Source: Octopus vulgaris (taxonomy: Eukaryota). From it: a DNA stretch of 64,000 nt. How positions within the stretch are numbered: position 1 is the stretch's first letter; each line of letters begins with the position of its first letter. The stretch spans positions 32,116,001 to 32,180,000 of the forward strand of contig OX597827.1 in the NCBI GenBank assembly GCA_951406725.2. The letters are read 5' to 3'. The notes below the pieces were generated by a model. It saw only the letters and a list, made by a program, of their open reading frames with translations. It searched no databases and had not been told where the DNA came from. The translations under genes and the position numbers were made by a program. Below are positions 13,405 to 25,345 of the stretch, piece after piece.

Positions 13405-13580
13405 GTGGCCTGCTTGACCTGCTAGAAATAGCAACTGAATCTCCCTTAAATAACACCCTAACAAGTTAGAGAAAAAGGATACGTCAGATGAAGTAGATCT
13501 AAAAAAGATGGGATGGTCACGACTGGAATAAGTTTAATCAAAGATCTATTCGATCAGGGTTGATCTTATGGTTAAGCTGC
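13405..13580 (+). repeat. Unclassified short interspersed repeat (family E)
   Basis: GCTAGAAATAGCA..AATCTCCC...GGATGGTCA..GGAAT motif recurs at about 16580-16740, 20040-20260 and 53895-53940. Confidence 0.5.
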
Positions 13581-16145
13581 AATATTTTGTGCACATATAC
13601 GCACGCACACACTCACACATACGCACACACATGAGCACTTATACATACATACACATATTCACTTATTTTTTTAATACATTTCAGCCCTAAGGCTGTTGCC
13701 AAGCTGGAGCACCGCCACATACATACATACATACATATACATACATGTATATGCATACTTATCACTACATGCATAGATATATATACATATACACACACTC
13801 ATATACACACAGATGCATACACATATGTGCACAAGAAATTTGCAAATGCTTGTTTAGTCACATTCACACACACACGTATACACGCAGAAACAAGCATAAA
13901 CATAATCACACACACAGACAAACATGCACACGAACACCAAACGCACACACACACACATAACTTCACATGCTTACATTCACATATTTGACAATACAACTAC
14001 TTATCAAACCCAAAAAGGAGATAATACAAATAATAAAAAAAGCAGAACGTATCGCATATCGAGTATCAGCTACCTACCTCATAGAAGTGCAATCTCAGCT
14101 GCTGTCGACAATGTCCAATTAGAAAACAAGCCTTGGTTTTTAGTCGTCCGTTAGTGAAAACTGTAATGGGGATATCTCCGGCAGTTTCAGAACTAGCGTC
14201 CGTGACGTCAATTCGTCAGTGGCGCGTGGTTGCTTTGTAGAAATCTATTGTAATGGCATCACAAGAGAGAATCTGATAGTTGTTGGTTAATAAAATTATT
14301 TCATCTTTTTATCTTTTTTTCTTTTTCTTTCCTTTTTTTTTTTTTTTGTCTTTGCCCTTTTATCTTTCCGGAAGATGTAAGTTAGTGGTGGAAACGTAAA
14401 GGCACTAAAGCTTTAGACTGAGGTCAACTGATGCCCTCAGCTCAGCCCATTATTTATACCTCCCTGCGACTTCGAAGTGACAAGCCATTAACACGTAATA
14501 AATAATCGAACACGAACTAATCGATAAACAATTTCGGTTTTCTTTCAGGCCATCGATATCCAAGCCAAATGTATTTATGTATATTGAACATAAACTACCT
14601 TTTTTTATTTTAAAATTCTATTTATTTATGACAAAATACTTTTAATTAGGGCAACAAACGAAACAATTATAATGAGAGAAAGAAGCAAAAAATAATCATA
14701 ATTCGGGTTACAGGTTAAAAAAAAATCATACACAGGGTAACAAAATATTATAATTTAGGCAACAGGCAAAAAAGCATCATTCGGGCAACAGGTGAAAAAC
14801 TGTAATTAGGGCAACAGGCAAAAAGAAGGCAAATTTTCGTTTTTTTCTGTTTTTTTTTTTGTTTTGATTTTATTTTTCTATAGACACTGATTAAGTTGCG
14901 CCATAGTAAATCTGGAAACAAAAAAGGAAAAGGCATAACCTTGTGACGCCCCTAGTTTCATTTGGTTCCCCCAATATTTATTACTTTGCTTAATGGTGAG
15001 TTAATCTTGGAGTGCTGTATAGGACCAGTTAAGTAGTAAAAACGATACAATGCTCTGTCTCTCTCAATCGTACGTGTAAAGGGACGAACCACAAGGATAT
15101 ACAACCTTCTGCTCGTGTTAGAAATATGTTTGTTTTTTTACTTTTGCCAAGGTCCATTTTGCGTTTCATATCTGCGCAGTTCAGAAGTATGAAATGCCAG
15201 TCAGGTACTGCAGACGATAAGATCGGTTGTCTAACCAAAACTTCCGAATCCAACAAATTTCTAGTTGTATGCTTAAGTTAGAAATCATTTTCCTTTTCTT
15301 TTAAATCTTTTTGTTTGAATAGAAGGAAATGCGCTTTCCTCTTTGCAGGGTCTCTGAGACAGACGGATGGGAGAGAAGAATATATTTTTGAGCGAGCAAC
15401 TTGATTTGAATGCTTGCAGCTTAAATTCTAAAGGTACTCAGTGCCAGATGGTGGAGTTAAACTGTATAACGGATTAAATATATTCTCCAACCAGGCCGTG
15501 GTTCGATTTGAACTCACAACAGGAAGAGCAGGAAAAAATACCACAAGGCATCCAGTCCGACCTTCTTACATTTCACCGGCTTGGATTGGTATTTATTTTG
15601 TATCGACCCCGAAAGCATGAAAAACAAAGCTGACTTTGGTGGGATTTGAATGCAGAGAATCGGAACAAAATACAGTGACGCATTGAGGCCCAACGCTCAA
15701 GTACCAGGTTTAATATCAAGGTACTTGGGTTGATTCATTCGACTAAAATGTTTCAAAGTGGTGCCCCAGCATGGCCGCAGTCTAATGACTGACACATGTA
15801 AAAGAGATTAAAAAATAAAAGATCTATTCGTAGGACTACATTGTCCCCTGTGTTCCTTCGAAATAAAGCTGCAGGGTCTGATTTAACTCATATAATGTCA
15901 ATGTGCAGAAGAAAATTACTTGTTTTTCACTTTCAGGATATTTAGGAATTAAGCATAAACTGCAAAAAGACTGAACTTTCTTATAGAGAAAAAGACATCG
16001 GATAATATAGTCTTAGATACATTATGACTGAAAGAGAAGGAAGGGGCGCCTTTAATCCTACATCTGCTCGATCTGAACTAACCTGAGACTATTAAACAAA
16101 AATAATAACTGAAGTGTTTTTGTGCTTTTGGTGCCCTGGACTATC

Positions 16146-16549
16146 TTACTCTTTTACTTGTTTCAGTCATTTGATTGCCGCCATGCTGGAGCACCGCCTT
16201 TAGTCGAGCAAATCGATCCCAGGACTTATTCTTTGTAAGCCTAGTACTTATTCTATCGGTCGCTTTTGCCGAACCACTAAGGTACGGGGACGTAAACACA
16301 CCAGCATCGGTTGTCAAGCGATGTTGGGGGGACAAACACAGACACACAAACATATACACACACATATATATACATATATATATATACATATACGACGGGC
16401 TTCTTCCAGTTTCCGTCTACCAAATCCACTCACAAGGCTTTGGTCGGCTCAAGGCTATAGTAGAAGACAGTTGCTCAAGGTGCTACGCAGTGGGACTGAA
16501 CCCCGAACCATGTGGTCTGTAAGCAAGCTACTTACCACACAGCCACTCC
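16146..16549 (-). mobile_element. SINE family A, full length
   Basis: Closely matches 7679-8084. Confidence 0.9.
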
Positions 16550-17594
16550 GAAAGTTTCAAAGTAGGGTCTCTTCTCATAGAATGCCATTGTCTTCCATGA
16601 CAGGAGGAAAATATGCATTGGATACTGTCGTCTTAAGTACAGTAAATCTGAATATTTCTTAAGATGTGATGGTCACGACGGGAACATTTTTTATTGATAA
16701 GTCTGGTTAATTAGTATTGACTGGAAGCTAAAAGGCGACGGCAACGACGACGTCGAAAGTAGCAGCGTTAGCGGCGGCGGTGATGACAATGACGGCGGTC
16801 ACGACGAATCAATAAAATGGAGTGTTAACATGGTTAAACGTCCTGCTTGTAAAACACCTAAATTTCTCTCAAATCACATCCAGCCATCCTTTAAATTATT
16901 TAAGTGGACGCAAAGCGCGTTATGAAGTGAGATGTATTTGGCTGCTATTTCTATTGAGTTCGGAACTGCCGAGAGGTTCCCACATACAAGCTCGGGATCT
17001 CTCGTTAAATCCTTCATAGGTTTTCACTGAATCTATTTCAATCCTATCTTCCGACGCAAATCTAACACAGTAACACGTCTCTAAACGTAAAACACAAGGG
17101 CTACGAACAAAACGCTGTTAAGTTTCTTTTTTTTATATATTTTGTGTTTGTTACTCTTGCTGTGAATAAATTTGCATTTACATTACATTTGTTATTCCTT
17201 CGGATTACTTGTTACCAAATGTAGACACACATCTAATTCCTCGGATTCGTGATTTTAAATTGATTATATAAATGACCGAATTGATTGAACGGTGATGTAC
17301 CAATTGAAAGGTCACTGGTTCTTATCATGTCTGTTGTCAAGACACTTAATTCCCAACTTGCGTGTCATTTCATCACGGGAATCGTCATGGCAACGCGGAG
17401 AATACAGTGAAATGCCTCTCAATTCTGAGAATACTGTTTCACTCAAGAATCGTCTCTACTCCCCCCTTCATGCCGTGTGCATATGCACACGCACACGTGG
17501 TTTGTAATCAGAGCACATAAATAATTAATGTGCGCACACGAAACATAATGTGTACACGAAAGTTTCATTGTTAAAAATCAAAGAATAATTAACA

Positions 17595-18590
17595 GTTTCT
17601 AATTTAGGTTGAAGGCCAATAATTTTTCACGGGAGGCGGTTGGTCGAAACCATTGTCTCCAGTACTTAAATGGTATCTTATTTTGTCGATCCTGAAAGAA
17701 TAAACGGTGAAGTTGACCTCGGCGGGATTTGAACGCAGAATGTAAAGAACCGGAAAAAATACCGCAAAGCGTTTCTCCCATCACTCTTACTCTTCTTCCT
17801 GTTCACTGCCTTTGATTATGGTTTCTGGTTTAGGCACGGAATCATTTTTAGGGGAGGCAGTATATCGATTACATCGACCCCAGGACCTAAATCGTACATT
17901 ATTTTATCGATCCTGAAAGGCAGCGACCTAGTAGAATCGTTGGCACCCTGGGCGAAATGCTTAGCGGTATTTTGTCTGCCGCTACGTTCTGAGTTCAACT
18001 TCCGCCGAGGTCGACTTTGCCTTTCATCCTTTCGGGGTCGATTAAATAAGTACCAGTTACGCACTGGGGTCGATGTAATCGACTTAATCCCTTTGTCTGT
18101 CCTTGTTTGTCCCCTCTGTGTTTTGCCCCTTGTGGGTAGTAAAGAAACAGGTATTTTGTCTGTTTTTACGTTCCGAGTTCAAATTCCACCGAGGTCGACT
18201 TTGTCTTTCATCCTTTCGGGGTCAATAAATTAAGTGTCAGTCGCGTACTGGGGTCGATCAAATCGACTGGTCCCCTCCTCCAAAATTTCAGGCCTTGTTC
18301 CTGTAGGAGAAAGGATTATTTTATCGACTCTGGAACACTGAAAAGCAAGGCTGACCTCGATAGGATTGAACTCAGAACGTAAAGAGTTGAAACAAAATGG
18401 TTACTGATTTAGGGAGGAGGAAAGCAATCTTGAGAAGTGAGTGTAATTGTGTGGCTGGTACTTATTTTATCGGTCCCGGAAGGATGAAAAACAAAAACTA
18501 ACTTCGAAGGGAATTGAAACCAGAAGGTAAAGATCGGGAAGAAATATCACAAAGCATTGCTCAAACGATTCTTCTGGCTCACCACCTTAT
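17595..18590. mobile_element. Cluster of SINE family C copies in both orientations (plus-strand dimer 17918-18320)
   Basis: Multiple GAGGTCGACTTTGCCTTTCATCCTTTCGGGGTCGAT cores and their reverse complements. Confidence 0.8.
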
Positions 18591-19207
18591 AATACATACA
18601 GTTACAACACCTACTTCTCAGACACTGATAGTCCGGAACTTCTTATCCACACTGATTTACGCGCAGGAACTTCAAATTTCCGCGACCGTCTGACTAGTTT
18701 CACTATACCTTGCATATTACAGTATTAATAAATTTGTATCCCTGAATTAATGCACAGACACCACTATTTCATTTAATTATTGAAGTAAATTTAATATTTG
18801 TTTAATTTAGAGTATGTTAATCAAAGTGCCTACCTTAGTTTTCGAAGAATCAATAATCTAGAAAGTCTTTGAAATGAAAGGTTCTGGAAAACTAATGTTG
18901 TACCTGGAAGTAATAATTGATTTAATCTTATCTCAACGCCAGCAATTTTGAAAGAAAAAAACAAATCGATACCATGGGCCTCAGTAGCTAACTGGTACTT
19001 TGTTTTATCGAGCTTGAAACGGCGAAAGACAAAACTGAATAGAGTAATAAAGGATTTACTTCTTGGTTGTGATACTGAAAGAAAGAGCAATGACTCATGA
19101 AATATGCATGTACACCTCGGAGGCATTTGAACTAAGAACGTAGAGAGAGACGACATGTCGCTAAGCATTTTGCCCGGTGTGGTAACGATTCTGCTAGCTC
19201 GCCACCT

Positions 19208-19900
19208 TACTTGTTTCAGTCATTGAAATACGGTCATGCTGGGGCACCAACTTGAAATGTTTAGTCATTCAAATTGACCCCATTACTGATATTTTTAAAG
19301 CCTGATTCTTATCCTGTTGGTCTCTTCCTGCCAAACCACTAAGATATGGGGGTCGTAATTAAACCAACAACGGACGTCAAGCGATTTGGAGAACAAACAC
19401 GAACACGCACATATACATATGTATAAACACACACACACACACACATACACATGCACACATATTTATTTCATAACTGGCACTCCGTCGGTTACGACAACGA
19501 GTGTTCCAGTTGATCAGATCAACAGAAGAACTTTCTGAGCACTCAACAAACACACGTGTCCTTAAACGTAGTTCTCAGCGAGATTTCAGTGTGACACAGA
19601 ATGTGACAAAGCCAGCCTTTTGAATTACAGGTGCAACTCGTTTTTGTCACCTGAGTGGACTGGAGCAACATGAAGTAAAATCTCTTGCTGAAGAACGCAA
19701 CGCATCACCAGGAATCGAACTCACGGCCTTAAGATCGCGAGCCGAATACGCATAACCACTAAGTTCCCGTCGACAAAATTCACTCAGTGGTTATGTCCAG
19801 AGCTACAGATGATACTTTATCAAGGTAGTGTACAGTGAAACTGAAACCGTGACCCTGTGGTTGCTAAGCGAACTTGCTAACCACACAGCCATGTTTGCAT
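19208..19900 (-). mobile_element. Old SINE A copy with a nested family D (CORE-like tRNA SINE) insertion at 19473-19765
   Basis: SINE A tail at 19208-19400 and head at 19770-19900 flank CTGGCACTCCGTCGGTTACGAC...GGAATCGAACTC...TAACCACTAAG, which matches 61428-61740. Confidence 0.7.
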
Positions 19901-20798
19901 CGCTGTCTGAAAGAAAGAAAACAATAGAATGCTTTTACGGCTGCAGCAGGTTTTTACTCATGAATTATTATTATCTTTTTTTTTCATCAAAATCGCGTTG
20001 AGAACTAAACAACAACATCAACATCAACAATAACAAGTGGCCTTTACGTTGACGCTCAAGCTGCAAGAAATAGCAGCCAAATCGTTTTCATATCACGGCC
20101 TTACCAAGGTAAAAAGGAAAACTCAAAGGTTGTTCTTTGGTGAGCTGGATAATTCCGAAAAGGCAGGATGGTCATAGATGGAATATTTTTGATAAGATAT
20201 CTCTGCTTGGTCAGGTTTGATCAGGCTTGCTCTGAGAGCTGAACAATCACAACCACAACGACAATCAGGAACACAATAAAACGCCCTCCTTCGCAGCATG
20301 AACAACAGGCCAGGCGTGGCTATGTGGTAAAAAGCTTGCTCTTTAACCACATGGTTCTGAGTTCAGTCTCACTGCAAGGTACCTTGAGCAAGTGTCTTCT
20401 ACAGTAGCTACGTGCCGACTAAAGCCTTGCGAGTGGATGTAGTGGACAAAAATCGAAAGAAGACCAACGTTAATATATATTCACACACATATATATATAT
20501 ATATATCTTACCGTCGTTCTGGTCTAACGACTCCCATGTTTGTTTTAGTTCCGTTTCCTTGTATGTCTCCACTGTCCTGTTTTTGTTCCCAACTTTGACC
20601 CTCCATCGAAGACTCATATTGTCATTCAATGCTCGAAATGAGGAGTAGATAGACAGCCGACAATTGATGAAGAGTTTTATATTACTTGTCCTGTTTTCCA
20701 TTTGTTTCTCTCGTTGTTTGCGTATTCAACTTTGTTTTCGTATTTCATGTTCTTTATTGTTGGTGACGTCCTGTACCCATATATGCACACACACACAC

Positions 20799-20849
<51 letters not shown>

Positions 20850-21047
20850 TGAGAGTTCACGAAAAAGACAAAAGACGAAGACAGGTGGGGTACAAAACAA
20901 ACAGATGTATTAGTATAACGCTCAGGAATAGAAAACGTCTTTTACGTTTCAAGCCTACGCTCTTCTACAGAAACGGACACAGAAAAAACAAGGAGAGAAA
21001 CAAAGAGAGAAAAAAATGTGTGTAGTGGCTAACGATCTATCATGGCG

Positions 21048-21123
<76 letters not shown>

Positions 21124-21129
21124 AAGGAT

Positions 21130-22670
21130 GAAAAGGAACACACGAGTTGATATATATGAAAAAATAAGTCAGGATAGAATATGCTAAAATAATTTTATAA
21201 AGAACATTTCAGTTCCGGTTTCAGTTATTGAGACATTTTCAACTGTAACAATTAAATAATTAAATTTAGAAAAATTAAAAGAAAAGTTTTTTAAAAGAAT
21301 ATTTGTATAGTGGTCAAATATAAGTGGCATTTTCCTTGTTTCTGCCTGTCTCTGTCTCTCTTGTTTACTCTTGTGTGCTCAAGGTCGTTGTGAATTCTTG
21401 GTAGGGAAGAAGATGAAGGAGGAGGAGGGGAGGAGGGGAGGAAGGATACGAAGAATTTGGGAGTGCCTTGATTGTGGTATTTTGAATGGTCAGTGAATGC
21501 TAGCAGTTGCTGTTCAATTCATGAAAATATTTCTATTGAAAGTTTTGCTTATACAATTTGCGTAGGTGTTATACTAAAAAGCATTAGTGATAAAGTTAGG
21601 AAGAAGAAGGAAGAAGAAGGAAGAAGAAGAAGAAGAAGAAGAAGAAGAAGAAGAAGAAGAAGAAGAAGAAGAAAGAAAGAAAGAAAAGGGAGAATATGAA
21701 TGAGTGAAAGTAGTGAGGTGTTGGATGACAAAGTTGACACGTTATGGATTATAGCAGTGATTGGGGCTGATTTTTAATGGATTCTTAGGAATATAATATT
21801 TGCGTGTGTATTTGTGTTATTCTAAGGCCGAGGTGGATATATCGTTTGTCGTAGACGCGTTCAGAAGGGGCCTGTATTTGTAATAAAGAGAGTTTCTTTA
21901 CTAATTCGTTGGTTCCAGTTTGTATCGTCCCTGAATTGGTAGAGGGGAAAAATCCTGAAGCTTGGAGTTTTGTTGTTGGCGCAAATATCTATGTGTTGGC
22001 TGAATGCTATTTTTCTATTTTGGGGAATATTTATTTGGGATCTGTGCAGGGCCATTCTTTTACGTAAACTATTTTTTGTTTGGCCTATGTATTGCTCTTG
22101 ATACCCAGAGCAGGTTAGTGTGTATATCAAGTTCTCCGAAGCACATGTGAAGTTGCTTTTCACTGTGAAACGTTGTCCCTGTTTGAAGGAGAACTCTGAT
22201 CCCTCAATTAGATAATCGCATATCGCACAATTGGGCCTTCCACATTTTTTTACTGTCGGTTTCTGTGTTGGTGAGCTTATTCGGGCTTGTGTTAGGAGAC
22301 TTTTCATAAATTTGGGCTGTCTCTTGTGTGTGTTTGGAGGATTAAGTTCATTCTGTGGTCCTTTTCTAGCAGGGGTATGTTTTGGAGGATGGTGTCGAAG
22401 GCTTCATTGTTGAGAGGGTTGTGTGTGGAGATGTATGGTAAGGCTTTAGGTCGTACATTTTTCTTTAATTTAGGATGTCTGAGTTCCTGGATGATGAGTT
22501 GAAGGGCACGTTGAATGCATCTGTCAATTAGTGAAGGTGGTTAGTTCCTGGTGATGAGGGTATCTTTTAGTTCATGTAGTCATGTGTCTCTGGTGTTTGC
22601 ATTAGAAACTATAGTACATATCCTTTTTGCTAGATTGAAGGGGATATTCATTCTGGTGTGTCTGGGGTGG
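21130..22670 (-). mobile_element. Penelope-like element (PLE), 5'-truncated: post-RT region, GIY-YIG endonuclease, 3' UTR and terminal repeat
   Basis: ORF 21861-22307: KCGRPNCAIC zinc motif, NLIYTLTC..QYIGQT...RMALHR; upstream YVCHPRHTRMNIPFNLAKRICTIVS matches the PLE S.HP..TK.NIP motif. Confidence 0.9.
21861..22307 (-). pseudogene. PLE GIY-YIG endonuclease domain remnant
   Basis: CxxxxCxxC zinc finger followed by LIY...YIG motifs. Confidence 0.85.
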
Positions 22671-22679
22671 CATACATAC

Positions 22680-22940
22680 CTATATCTATGTGTGCGTGTG
22701 TGTATGTGTGTATCTTTGTGTCTATGTTTGTCTCCGACCACCACTTGATAACCGATGTTGCTGTGATTACGTCCACGTAACCTAGCAGTTCGGTGAAAGT
22801 GACCGATAAAGTAAGTACCAAGCTTAAAGATAAATTTTAAAAATAAAGAACTACTGAGGTGTATTTCTTCGACGAAAATTCTCCATGACGGTGCCCCAGC
22901 ATGGCCGTAGTCGAATGACTGAAACAAATAAAAGATAACG
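22680..22940 (+). mobile_element. SINE family A, 3' half
   Basis: GACGGTGCCCCAGCATGGCCGTAGTCGAATGACTGAAACAA tail. Confidence 0.75.
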
Positions 22941-23694
22941 CAATATAACAACCAGCACCCCCACCATCACTATAACAAGAACAACAACGACGACAACAAC
23001 AACAAAACCATCAACGTAACAACAACACCAATTGGCACGTGTTCCATTAGTAATTCAGCATTTAAGGCAGAAAAACTATGCAAAACGTGACATTTCTAAC
23101 GGGACACCTGCTCAGGTTTAATTTCCCTCAATCTGCTCGTCTTAATCTTTTCTGGATCGGAAAATTAATTGATGGCGAATTGTAATTGAAAAAAATAGAG
23201 CAGGACTGGGTGGTGGTGGTGGTGAGAGGGGAAGGGATGAATATAGGAATGAGAGAATGAATGGTTAGAGGGAGGTTGAATGAATGAAGGAAGGAACAAA
23301 GGAAGGAAGGAACAATGGAAAAAAGAGATTAAAAGGAAAAATGGATGAGAGAAATAAAGAAAATATGAAAGACGGAATGAAAAAGGAAATAAGATAGAGA
23401 AGAAAGAAAGGAAAAAAGGATGTAATGAGTGAAAGAATGAAGGGAGGAATGGAGGAAGGAAGGAAGGAATAGAGGAAAAAAAGAAAAAGTACAATCAATG
23501 AATCAATAATTGAAGAAAGAAAGAAAAATAAGGAATGAAAGAAAAAAGAAAAACGTTGGATAGGAAGAAAAAGAAAAGAAAGAACAAAATAATATTAATC
23601 CCACTTTCGCCTCCTGCTTCTCTTGCTTCTTCTCCCCCTCCTTTTCTTGCTTCTCCTCCTCTCCCTCCTCCTCTAATGTATGGAGGCTCTAAAT

Positions 23695-23926
23695 TAGTGG
23701 TTGTCAATGGGGGCCTATATAACCTTTGGGGGAGGTTGAGGTCCATATAAGATTTTGTCCTTAAAATCTATGGTTATACGAGTAAAATATTTTAAGATTT
23801 CTTTTTCTAGAATTCCTAATAATATTTTGGATTTTTTAAACATTGAACGTCTATGAGGGTCCATCCAAACAAAATAGTAATCTAAAGGGGGGCCATGGGT
23901 AAAAGAAAAATGGTTGAGAAACACTG
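23695..23926. mobile_element. hAT-type MITE
   Basis: Termini TAGTGGTTGTCAA ... GTTGAGAAACACTG resemble CAGTGGTTCTCAAC hAT TIRs; no clean 8-bp TSD. Confidence 0.55.
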
Positions 23927-24084
23927 ATTTAACCAATTATAGTTGGTACTCTGTCGATTACGACGACGAATGTTCTAGTTGATCCAATCAACGGAACGGC
24001 CTGCTCGTAAAATTAACGTGCAAGAGGTTGAGAGCTCCACGTAACCTCAATGTGGTTCTCTGAGGGATTCAGCATATATATATA

Positions 24085-24481
24085 TAATTTACAAAATGAG
24101 GGCAAGAGAAAAATTCTAATGCCAAATATGCCGAAAAAAAGACAAAAATTGTCAATAACCATTATAATTTATGCGTCTCGAAACAAACCGATAGAAATTT
24201 CTAAAAAATCCGTTATTACCGTATTGGTCCCAATTTCGGGGTTAATTCATAAGAATTTTCCCCTCGGATTTTTTAGAAATTTCTATCGGTTTGTTTCGAG
24301 ACGCATAAATTATAATGGTTATTGACAATCTTTGTCTTTTTTTTCGGCATATTTGGCATTAGAATTTTTCTTTTGCCCTCATTTTGTAAATTATTTATAA
24401 ATTTAACCTTTAAAGGTATTTTTTGATATGCTGGCCAATGATAAAAAATTTTTCCCGAAAAAAATTTCTATCCTACATTAG

Positions 24482-24485
<4 letters not shown>
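24085..24485. repeat. Inverted-repeat element in (TA)n: about 128-bp arms (24085-24212 / 24265-24394), about 52-bp spacer
   Basis: AATTTACAAAATGAGGGCAA...AAAAAATCCG mirrored by CGGATTTTTT...TTGCCCTCATTTTGTAAATT. Confidence 0.85.
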
Positions 24486-24513
<28 letters not shown>

Positions 24514-24749
24514 CAATGATAAATATCAAAGTGAGTTATATACAGTAGCGGTAACACATCGTGACGTATTTTTGCCATTTCAATATGGCTAACCCCTAAG
24601 GGTGGATGCTACTGTAGTTTTTAGCCCCAGGAGGACACACTCCTCCAGCTGGCCATAGACACACTTTCTGTGTCCTGTCAGTATTTGCAAAGGGAAAAAG
24701 TATAAGTATTTGTGAAGGAAATCTAATTCTCGGCGACAACTATGATTGT

Positions 24750-24794
24750 CACACGCTGACGAGAGGTCAATACCTCGAAACTCGAGTCCGTGTG
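24750..24794 (+). ncRNA. Type I hammerhead ribozyme, canonical core
   Basis: CACACG-CTGACGA-GAGGT-caat-ACCTC-GAAA-CTCGAG-TC-CGTGTG; predicted GUC cleavage after 24788. Confidence 0.9.
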
Positions 24795-25102
24795 TATCAT
24801 AAGTTGAAGACGGGAAGGATGACTTCCCTTTGCAAATACTGACAGGACACAGAAAGTGTGTCTATGGCCAGCTGGAGGAGTGTGTCCTCCTGGGGCTAAA
24901 AACTACAGTAGCATCCACCCTTAGGGGTTAGCCATATTGAAATGGCAAAAATACGTCACGATATGTTACCGCTACTGTATATAACTCACTTTGATATTTA
25001 TCATTGTTTGACTTCACTTTTTCAATATCAGCGACAGTGGGCGCTGGAAAAAGTATAAGTATTTGTGAAGGAAATCTAATTCTCGGCGACAACTATGATT
25101 GT

Positions 25103-25147
25103 CACACGCTGACGAGAGGTCAATACCTCGAAACTCGAGTCCGTGTG
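25103..25147 (+). ncRNA. Type I hammerhead ribozyme, canonical core (second tandem copy)
   Basis: Identical to 24750-24794; predicted cleavage after 25141. Confidence 0.9.
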
Positions 25148-25308
25148 TATCATAAGTTGAAGACGGGAAGGATGACTTCCCTTTGCAAATACTGACAGGA
25201 CACAGAAAGTGTGTCTATGGCCAGCTGGAGGAGTGTGTCCTCCTGGGGCTAAAAACTACAGTAGCATCCACCCTTAAGGGTTAGCCATATTGAAATGGCA
25301 AAAATACG

Positions 25309-25339
<31 letters not shown>

Positions 25340-25345
<6 letters not shown>

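Larger units (their letters stand above)
24512..25312 (+). mobile_element. Retrozyme-like / PLE terminal-repeat element: 185-bp inverted segment plus tandem 353-bp units, each with an HHR
   Basis: 24693-24959 repeats almost exactly at 25046-25312 (period 353); 24512-24696 is the reverse complement of about 24824-25008. Confidence 0.85.

Noticed and set aside
15336-15438. Candidate exon (TTCCTCTTTGCAG acceptor, AAG/GTACT donor)
   Set aside because: Stops in all three frames; no support as a coding exon
20930-20980. Minus-strand CTGTAGA-A-GAGC-gtag-GCTT-GAAACGTA hammerhead-like motif
   Set aside because: The invariant A6 is replaced and stem I is only about 3 bp; plausible PLE end but not supportable as a ribozyme from one copy
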